From: a virus
Lineage: Duplodnaviria; Caudoviricetes
IMG/VR virus record: IMGVR_UViG_3300020570_000022
Span: 1 to 32,166 of that record
Reading direction: 5' to 3' (one strand)
Length of the DNA stretch: 32,166 bases
The notes beneath the pieces are model-generated. The model was not told the origin of the DNA. It saw nothing but the letters and a program-made list of their open reading frames with translations, and searched no databases. The position numbers and the translations under genes are program-made. Positions 27,230 to 32,166 of the stretch are shown one piece after another (positions within the stretch are counted from its first letter, which is position 1; each line of letters opens with the position of its first letter).

Positions 27230-27259
27230 ATTGTGCCAGATTTATCGGGCTGACGGAAA
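27230..27259 (-). promoter_or_regulatory. Putative late promoter
   Basis: TG-G-CACAAT extended -10 at 27238-27230; weak -35 TTTCCG at 18-nt spacing. Confidence 0.4.
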
Positions 27260-27424
27260 CAGCAGTTCTGGTTGCTTTTGTGCGCCTTTCACCAGCAACT
27301 CTTGCGCTGTCATCTCGACCATGTGCTGCCGACCATAACCCGGTGAGACAAACTTTCCACGCTTCAGCCAGTGTGGAACCCAGGTGATGCCTCTCAAAAC
27401 ATAACAGTCTGTGGCAAGTTTCAT
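27242..27424 (-). CDS. Hypothetical protein, 60 aa
   Basis: AAGGAG RBS; ATGA overlap with MazG-like stop. Confidence 0.7.
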   Translation of the reverse strand: MKLATDCYVLRGITWVPHWLKRGKFVSPGYGRQHMVEMTAQELLVKGAQKQPELLFPSAR

Positions 27425-27741
27425 ACGATCGTCTCCTTGATGAACACCCCGTTAGGCATCAGAGTGCCTTTCCGGTCTTTGATCTCCTTATACGCACCTT
27501 CCAGGCAGTCAACCATATCCAGCCCTGCCAACTCACAGAAGTTGATCATGCAAACCAGAACATCACCCACAGCATCAGCAGTCAGAGCAACATCTTTCTT
27601 GGCAATCCCGTCTGCAAGCTCACCCATCTCACTGACCATTTTCAGGAACTGAGCGTTAGCTGTTGAGTTTGGGATGATCTGTCTGGCCCGACTCCAGCCT
27701 ACAACTCGGACATAAAGCTCATCGAAAGACATTGTTGGCAT
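27421..27741 (-). CDS. MazG-like nucleotide pyrophosphohydrolase
   Basis: QFLKMVSEMGELA...DAVGDVLV...CLEGAYKEIKDRKG; GAAGGAG RBS. Confidence 0.9.
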   Translation of the reverse strand: MPTMSFDELYVRVVGWSRARQIIPNSTANAQFLKMVSEMGELADGIAKKDVALTADAVGDVLVCMINFCELAGLDMVDCLEGAYKEIKDRKGTLMPNGVFIKETIV

Positions 27742-27919
27742 GATCAGACTCCTTCTGGATCTTGAGAAACTGCGACATCAGTCTGGCTTGTGTTGCCATG
27801 TTTGCTAACAAACTTTGAGCTTCGTTGTAGTTTTTGTTCAAAAGTTGGATCCACAGATTTCCAGTCATCTGATTCAGGGTCAGCCAGTGCGACGACCAGT
27901 CCACCGGGTTGTTGAGCAT
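27719..27919 (-). CDS. 66-aa helical hypothetical protein overlapping the upstream gene in another frame
   Basis: MLNNPVDWSSHWLTLNQM...LLNKNYNEAQ..L..MATQARLM; amphipathic; resembles a recurring small phage protein; weak RBS. Confidence 0.5.
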   Translation of the reverse strand: MLNNPVDWSSHWLTLNQMTGNLWIQLLNKNYNEAQSLLANMATQARLMSQFLKIQKESDHANNVFR

Positions 27920-28244
27920 CCCAAAGTCGCTTGTTGAACCTAAAGGCTCGTCTGTCTTTTGGGTTGAATGATCCAATCTTTTTCTCCGTGTCATCAGACA
28001 TTGTTTTGAGAAGTGCTTTTCGGAAGTAACTTACCTCGATGTCCAGGTAGTGCAGATAACTTTCCAGTGCATCTGTCCACAGAAAATCGTGAGCCGTTAA
28101 GCAGTCAAATGTCAGTTTGAAGTGTTTTTCTCCAAATGGTTTGAATGGTTTTATGCAAGCGTCTCGCATTGCAGTAACAACGACAGCTGCAACCAATCGC
28201 TGTTCTGGGATGCCTTTGTAGGTCTGTTCAATTTCTGCTTCCAT
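27744..28244 (-). CDS. Hypothetical protein, 166 aa (possible transcription regulator)
   Basis: AAGGAG RBS before ATG 28244; PEQRLVAAVV..AMRDA motif. Confidence 0.7.
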   Translation of the reverse strand: MEAEIEQTYKGIPEQRLVAAVVVTAMRDACIKPFKPFGEKHFKLTFDCLTAHDFLWTDALESYLHYLDIEVSYFRKALLKTMSDDTEKKIGSFNPKDRRAFRFNKRLWDAQQPGGLVVALADPESDDWKSVDPTFEQKLQRSSKFVSKHGNTSQTDVAVSQDPEGV

Positions 28245-28440
28245 GAAACAACTCCTTCTTGATTTGTTCTGGGATTTTTGGCAGAGGGAACCAACCGACA
28301 AACCATTGGTCTGTCCCGTTCCACCAATCGATTGTTGATATTCCAGCCCGATTCAGCAACTGCACCTTTTTGTTGATCGGACAGGTGTCCATTGTTCTGA
28401 AGAACAGTGTGGAATCAGTTTCTGGATTGTCCTGTTGCAT
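28228..28440 (-). CDS. Small Trp-rich hypothetical protein (DUF551-like)
   Basis: TCP..KKVQLL...G.....W...W..W.PLP pattern; TGATG overlap. Confidence 0.7.
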   Translation of the reverse strand: MQQDNPETDSTLFFRTMDTCPINKKVQLLNRAGISTIDWWNGTDQWFVGWFPLPKIPEQIKKELFHGSRN

Positions 28441-28637
28441 CAGTCCCTCAACAATGCGCCGATCTCTGTTTTCTTTTGCGACTCTGCCTGTGCTATTGCA
28501 GCGCGTTCAGCAGCAACAACAAGGCTGGCAAACCTATCAAATACATTTACATACTCCAGCCAGTCCATGTTTTCAGAATCAAACCATTCGATTGCTTTTG
28601 ACTCGTACATCATTTGTTTAATTTGTTGCTTAGTCAT
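28440..28637 (-). CDS. Hypothetical protein, 65 aa
   Basis: GGGAG RBS; RFASLVVAAER motif frequent in phage early genes. Confidence 0.7.
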   Translation of the reverse strand: MTKQQIKQMMYESKAIEWFDSENMDWLEYVNVFDRFASLVVAAERAAIAQAESQKKTEIGALLRD

Positions 28638-28878
28638 TCTGATACTCCCTAACGCGATCCATCTGAGCGTCGATGTTCATCCAGTCTTTGTCGGTAGCTT
28701 TACGCTCCAACCACGGTGCTGGCCTACCTCTGCGGTCACACACTTGATAAGTTGCATCGCTCCATCCGTAGTAGTCCAGATCAGATGCAGCGTTGCGAGA
28801 GAAAGATCCATTGACTCGCTCATAGCTGACCAGCTTGACGATGCAGGGGATGCCTTGAATCCTGGTTTCAATTTCCAT
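28630..28878 (-). CDS. Hypothetical protein, 82 aa
   Basis: ATG 28878 in TAATG overlap with GGAG RBS; GIPC...SDLDYYG...DRRGRPAPWLERK motif. Confidence 0.75.
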   Translation of the reverse strand: MEIETRIQGIPCIVKLVSYERVNGSFSRNAASDLDYYGWSDATYQVCDRRGRPAPWLERKATDKDWMNIDAQMDRVREYQND

Positions 28879-29069
28879 TATCTTCGCTCCAGTTTTCCAT
28901 CGGGGTTTGCCGTTTCTGCTGTCAGTGACTGCGCTGGAACCTCGTATGTGGCCCAGGTTGCTCCGCAGTCCTGACATTTCTTCCTTCTCCAGATCCACCA
29001 GTATCGAGTGTCTTTTCTTGTTTCTAATGTCTTGGATGACCAGGAACCACACTCAACGCAGGTACTCAT
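28878..29069 (-). CDS. NrdR-N-like zinc-ribbon protein, 63 aa
   Basis: CVECG...LETR...RRKKCQDCG..W.TYE; no ATP-cone. Confidence 0.85.
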   Translation of the reverse strand: MSTCVECGSWSSKTLETRKDTRYWWIWRRKKCQDCGATWATYEVPAQSLTAETANPDGKLERR

Positions 29070-29232
29070 CCTCGACCTCTACCTGCAAGGACTCCAGAAC
29101 CACCTTGATGTTGATTTTGGCATCCAGGGTTGCCAAGAACGACAGAGTATCTGGCCGATCCTTGGTCATCTGGTTGTTTGCCCACTCGATTGCTTCCAGA
29201 GCTTTGGCTAGGGTTGATGCTTTGATCTTCAT
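29053..29232 (-). CDS. Hypothetical protein, 59 aa
   Basis: Not in ORF track: MKIKASTLAKALEAIEWANNQMTKDRPDTLSFLATLDAKINIKVVLESLQVEVEDEYLR; AAGGAG RBS. Confidence 0.75.
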   Translation of the reverse strand: MKIKASTLAKALEAIEWANNQMTKDRPDTLSFLATLDAKINIKVVLESLQVEVEDEYLR

Positions 29233-29246
29233 TTCTGCTCCTTGTT

Positions 29247-29298
29247 GGTCTCATCAGTGCCAGCTTGACTGGCAGACCCGCTTGCGCGGGTTTCGACC
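29247..29298 (-). ncRNA. Hammerhead ribozyme, type II
   Basis: Minus strand GGUC-GAA-ACCCGC-GCAA-GCGGGU-C-UGCCAG-UCAAG-CUGGCA-CUGAUGA-GACC: full core (GAAA, GUC, CUGAUGA), three perfect stems, stem II open. Confidence 0.95.
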
Positions 29299-29300
29299 TG

Positions 29301-29528
29301 TTAGGCAACCTTCCTGGCGTCGAAAGCAACTTTGGCGTCAAGCACCGCGGTATCGACCCAGTCATTGATCTGGTGCGGCACCCAGCCGTTCTTCTGCTGC
29401 TTGCCGCGGCTTGTGTTTGCCAGATGGCAGAAGGTGTTGCCATCGCGCTGTGCGCCAACGCCGATTACGCGCCAGACTTCGCCCATGTAAACGATGATCA
29501 GGTCGGTGTACTTTTCACGAGGTGTCAT
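29301..29528 (-). CDS. Hypothetical early protein, 75 aa
   Basis: AGGAG RBS after an A/C-rich leader; beta-rich sequence MTPREKYTDLIIVYMGEVWRVIGVG... Confidence 0.75.
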   Translation of the reverse strand: MTPREKYTDLIIVYMGEVWRVIGVGAQRDGNTFCHLANTSRGKQQKNGWVPHQINDWVDTAVLDAKVAFDARKVA

Positions 29529-29562
29529 GTCTGCTGCTCCTGTTGTGTGTGTCGATGGAGTG

Positions 29563-29611
29563 ACTTTACATGAACCTTGCAGTCCTGTGTGAACTTTCTG
29601 CAAAATATTTT
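29563..29611 (-). promoter_or_regulatory. Putative sigma70-type early promoter
   Basis: -10 TAAAGT (29568-29563); CACACA at 17 nt or TTCACA at 19 nt; AT-rich upstream tract; sits in a non-coding gap. Confidence 0.45.
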
Positions 29612-30157
29612 TTAATCGACAGCGACAGGTCTATAGATTTCCTTTATACCCAGCAGTTGACCCCTAGCTTCCGGGGTGCAGTCCCGTCCGTCTGTGGCGA
29701 TATGGTGATCCCAGATGTCTCTGAGCCTAGTGTCTTGCTTGACACCTCTCCAGAGCAGCATGACAGCCTGTGCTGACTTTGGGTGCTTTGCCCAATGCAA
29801 CGGATCGTATGCTGGTGTCCTGATCTGTGCTACAGCAGACTGGATGAGTTTTTGACCTTCTGGAGTGATCTCCTTGGACGGTGGTGGCAATGCGGTCTTA
29901 TGCTCTGGTCGGTTGAACTGCTTGCACAGACGGATGAACTCTGCAAGCGCAGGTGGCCACTCAGGAGGGTTCTCAGCTAAAGACGCCAGCGCAGCACGAA
30001 TGGCATCAGGGTTAGCTGATCGCAGGAACTGCTCCCAGGCTGCTGACAGATCAGACCATGATTGATCTGACACATTGAACACAGCTTTGGTCTTGTTGCT
30101 TCCAAACAGCGTCTCAAAACGGAACAGAATCCTCTGGAAGTACGGGAACTTGTCCAT
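29612..30157 (-). CDS. Replication protein P-like (helicase loader candidate)
   Basis: PEWPPALAEFIRLCK motif; directly downstream of initiator; GGAG RBS before ATG 30157. Confidence 0.65.
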   Translation of the reverse strand: MDKFPYFQRILFRFETLFGSNKTKAVFNVSDQSWSDLSAAWEQFLRSANPDAIRAALASLAENPPEWPPALAEFIRLCKQFNRPEHKTALPPPSKEITPEGQKLIQSAVAQIRTPAYDPLHWAKHPKSAQAVMLLWRGVKQDTRLRDIWDHHIATDGRDCTPEARGQLLGIKEIYRPVAVD

Positions 30158-30872
30158 TGCTCGTCTCCATGTCGATGGTGTTGTCAAAACCTTGCATCCT
30201 GCGGCTCCAACCGTCCTTAGATCCTTTTGCTATCCAATCAGCAGAAAAGCCCTGCCAACCTCTTGCACAAGCCATCTCAAGCGCAGCATCCAGCGACATA
30301 CCAGCCTTGCTAGCCTCGTTCCTTACCGTCCTTACAACACGGTCAGTCACAATCGCCTTCTTCTGCCTTCTCAATGCAATCCAATCATTCCAGACTTCTT
30401 CTCTAACATCACTTGGACACACAAGCGCACTTGTGCGCTCTCTTTCTTTTACATTGGTTAATGGTTCTTGGTTATTGGTTACTGGTTTATGGTTATTGGT
30501 TAGTTGAACATCTGTTGAGCCTGTGTCTAACACTTGTTGAACAGGTGTTGAACTAGTGTTCTTCTTGCGTTCAGCGGATGCCTTGCCAGCGTTGCTTCTC
30601 TTGTTGACAATAGCCTTGTACTCAGCGATTTCCTTGTCGCATCTTGTATGCTTCCAAGCACCGTCTTCTAGCCTGAAGTAAGACTCCAAAATAAGCCTGA
30701 CCGTACCAGCGTCTATCCCGACCTGGAAGGCCAGAACATCAACTTTGTCTGGGAGTGGGCGCTCACTGTCGTAGTACATCCAAAGCAAACGCAGATAGGC
30801 CATTGACTGAGCATCTGTCAGCCTCGATGTGGCCTTTAGGAAGTCACCAATGTGGTGCTGGTAGTAATGCAA
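30114..30872 (-). CDS. DUF1376/YdaU-family replication initiator
   Basis: HYYQHHIGDF...T..L.....AY.RLL..YY..E.PLP N-domain; repeat-encoded linker; W.DW...R..KKA...GWQGF..DW C-domain; TTG start with AGGAG RBS. Confidence 0.88.
   Translation of the reverse strand: MHYYQHHIGDFLKATSRLTDAQSMAYLRLLWMYYDSERPLPDKVDVLAFQVGIDAGTVRLILESYFRLEDGAWKHTRCDKEIAEYKAIVNKRSNAGKASAERKKNTSSTPVQQVLDTGSTDVQLTNNHKPVTNNQEPLTNVKERERTSALVCPSDVREEVWNDWIALRRQKKAIVTDRVVRTVRNEASKAGMSLDAALEMACARGWQGFSADWIAKGSKDGWSRRMQGFDNTIDMETSNGQVPVLPEDSVPF
30424..30563. repeat. Probable replication origin (iterons) inside initiator gene
   Basis: Six 11-bp-period GTTGAAC-like units starting 30503, 30514, 30525, 30536, 30547, 30558; seven TGGTTnn heptamers 30455-30503; pyrimidine tract; AGCGCAC-TT-GTGCGCT palindrome 30424-30439. 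Confidence 0.8.
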
Positions 30873-31008
30873 AACAGTCTCCTCTGGAGGACAACCTCAG
30901 GGTGAGAATTCCGAGGTGGGCCACCCAGTGCAGGGCAGATGTACGGGCCTGAAGCCGTCCGCTAGAGGAGACTGTTCCAAGCCCACCTTATGCGCTTCTC
31001 ACGGCGCA
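30870..31008 (-). promoter_or_regulatory. Structured 5' leader of initiator gene with alternative pairings
   Basis: 13-bp perfect inverted repeat 30873-30885/30964-30976 covering the RBS; 8-bp 30914-30921/30981-30988; 7-bp 30902-30908/30996-31002; 5' hairpin 30991-31008. Confidence 0.8.
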
Positions 31009-31013
31009 GAACA

Positions 31014-31042
31014 ATCTTACAATGCTCATCGACACATTGCAA
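31014..31042 (-). promoter_or_regulatory. Sigma70-type promoter for the replication genes
   Basis: TTGCAA (31042-31037), 17 nt, TAAGAT (31019-31014); predicted start near 31007, at the leader's first hairpin. Confidence 0.75.
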
Positions 31043-31349
31043 AAAACGGGTCATACACACTCCGCGCTTTCTGCTTCTCCCTCCACCGACGCTTGACCAG
31101 CGTGTTTGGCTCTCGGGGTGGCCTGGGAAGGTCTTTACCCTGTCCAAACCGGTACATAGGCAGCTTTATCCTGCCGTTTAGGACAACTTCCCAATCAGCT
31201 ATGTAGAGCATCTTTCTCTGGTGCATACGCCTGAGAATCGACCGACAGAACTCCACAGACAGACCTGTCTGCCTTGCAAGCTCCTTGGCTGTCATCGGCT
31301 CCCGCTGCACCAACACAATCAGGTCAAGCAATGAGTCTGGCAGACTCAC
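31026..31349 (-). CDS. Winged helix-turn-helix DNA-binding protein
   Basis: PMTAKELARQTGLSVEFCRSILRRMHQRKMLYIADW; GTG 31349 gives GTGA overlap; start uncertain. Confidence 0.75.
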   Translation of the reverse strand: MSLPDSLLDLIVLVQREPMTAKELARQTGLSVEFCRSILRRMHQRKMLYIADWEVVLNGRIKLPMYRFGQGKDLPRPPREPNTLVKRRWREKQKARSVYDPFFAMCR

Positions 31350-31630
31350 TTTGTGCCTACCAAGTTTTGCTCGAACAACTCCCGAATCGTTTTTCTCCAT
31401 GCTGCTTCCCACGCTTCCTTCCTTTCAATGTGATCCAGTTTTGATCCCTGATCAATTTCATAGTGACAAGACACACACAGAGCAGCGACATAGCAGTCGT
31501 GAGCCTTGATAGCCATGCCTTTGCCGTACTCTGACCAGTTAGCATGAGCAGCTTGAGTCTCGTTCTCCTTGCCGCACAACTGACAAGGCAGACTGGCGAC
31601 TGCTCTAAGCAGTGGTTTGTTTCTGTACAC
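31346..31630 (-). CDS. Zinc-binding HNH-like protein (DUF968/DUF1364-like)
   Basis: LPCQLCG...QAAH.N...GKGM..KAHD...AALC..CH..ID. Confidence 0.8.
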   Translation of the reverse strand: MYRNKPLLRAVASLPCQLCGKENETQAAHANWSEYGKGMAIKAHDCYVAALCVSCHYEIDQGSKLDHIERKEAWEAAWRKTIRELFEQNLVGTK

Positions 31631-31892
31631 GATGCCACCTCATGATTTCAGCTTGCAACACTTCTCGACCACCCATCCCGCGAGCCTTCTCCACTAGCTC
31701 CAGGTAGGCTCTCCTGCGCTCTTTTTTCATCCGCAACACAAACTGAGCCTCGCAAAACAACACATATGCCCTGGAGTGCAGACCGACTATCGTTCCGTCT
31801 GGTAAATGCTTGGCAACTGCATGATCGTGTCTCTCTCCACACGCATCGCAGACAAGGATTCCGTCCAGGTCAAGCCTCGTTCCGTCGCCCAT
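31605..31892 (-). CDS. Hypothetical protein, about 95 aa
   Basis: CDACG..H then CEAQFVL...RRAYLELVEKARG motif; start uncertain, overlaps NinB-like 3' end. Confidence 0.6.
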   Translation of the reverse strand: MGDGTRLDLDGILVCDACGERHDHAVAKHLPDGTIVGLHSRAYVLFCEAQFVLRMKKERRRAYLELVEKARGMGGREVLQAEIMRWHRVQKQTTA

Positions 31893-32166
31893 GCAATCAC
31901 CTGCTCCACATACTCCGAGAATGCCGCGGTCGTCATCCCTGTCGTTGTCGGCTCCAGTTCGACCATCTGCCCACCTGGAAGCTCTTTCATCCGTCCAGGA
32001 AGCAACAGAGTCTTGAAGTAGGTGTGCCATGTATCAGGATGATAAGTTTGACCACCCGGCATGACCTGCTCACTGATCGCTTGCAAGACTGCCCAATAGA
32101 GCGAGTTCTGAGCGGTTGAACGGTTAGGTTTGGAGATCGACACCACCCAACCCGGTTTCGCGGCTT
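31787..32166 (-). CDS. ninB: NinB-like recombination protein, 5'-truncated by window edge
   Basis: RSTAQNSLYWAVLQAISEQ...W...FK...TTGMT..FSEYVEQV.AW..ERG; frame open to the edge. Confidence 0.85.
   Translation of the reverse strand, partial: AAKPGWVVSISKPNRSTAQNSLYWAVLQAISEQVMPGGQTYHPDTWHTYFKTLLLPGRMKELPGGQMVELEPTTTGMTTAAFSEYVEQVIAWATERGLTWTESLSAMRVERDTIMQLPSIYQTER

Larger units (their letters stand above)
1..32166 (-). mobile_element. Tailed phage genome segment (podovirus-like head/tail module with lambdoid replication genes)
   Basis: Co-oriented, tightly packed TerS-TerL-portal-scaffold-MCP-adaptor-nozzle-ejection-fibre genes plus DUF1376/NinB replication genes; no tape measure, tail tube or sheath; no host genes, integrase or att site visible. 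Confidence 0.97.

Noticed and set aside
27215-27253. Plus-strand GGAG-ATG mini-ORF of 12 codons
   Set aside because: Simply the complement of the anti-SD motifs; no plus-strand promoter evident
29066-29458. 130-aa minus-strand ORF crossing the ribozyme
   Set aside because: Better explained by two RBS-bearing ORFs (29301-29528, 29053-29232) flanking the hammerhead
30455-30563. Short periodic repeats as a possible CRISPR array
   Set aside because: Units are 7 and 11 bp without spacers and lie within a coding region; they fit iterons
1-32166. Alternative genetic code, tRNA genes, introns or inteins
   Set aside because: Core genes are intact in the standard code using all three stops; TerL, portal and MCP have normal lengths; no cloverleaf seen in the short spacers

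Overview
The whole window is a segment of a tailed dsDNA phage (or prophage) genome with podovirus-type morphogenesis genes, GC roughly 50-55%. Every credible gene is on the minus strand and most are coupled by ATGA/TGATG/TAATG overlaps. In transcription order (right to left) it contains: (1) a lambdoid-style early/replication block (NinB-like protein, zinc-finger nuclease-like protein, winged HTH protein, DUF1376/YdaU initiator with an internal iteron origin, lambda-P-like loader, NrdR-like zinc ribbon, MazG-like pyrophosphatase, small hypotheticals); (2) an accessory block ahead of the terminase (two glycosyltransferase-like genes, a HiPIP-like Cys protein, five small basic ORFs, an ADP-ribosyltransferase-like gene, a 2OG-Fe(II) oxygenase); (3) TerS, TerL, portal, scaffold, major capsid, a third glycosyltransferase and the adaptor; (4) a 1630-aa five-module beta-rich virion protein cassette, nozzle, ejection proteins, tail fibre and small membrane proteins. 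The most notable signals are non-coding: a complete type II hammerhead ribozyme (29247-29298), a two-state RNA leader over the initiator's ribosome-binding site (30870-31008), and a terminator/antiterminator at the early-late boundary (27172-27237) that may also yield a ~53-nt RNA with two anti-Shine-Dalgarno seeds matching the GGAG-type RBSs of early genes but not the GAGGT-type RBSs of most structural genes. Family assignments are from motif recognition only; no searches or folding programs were run.
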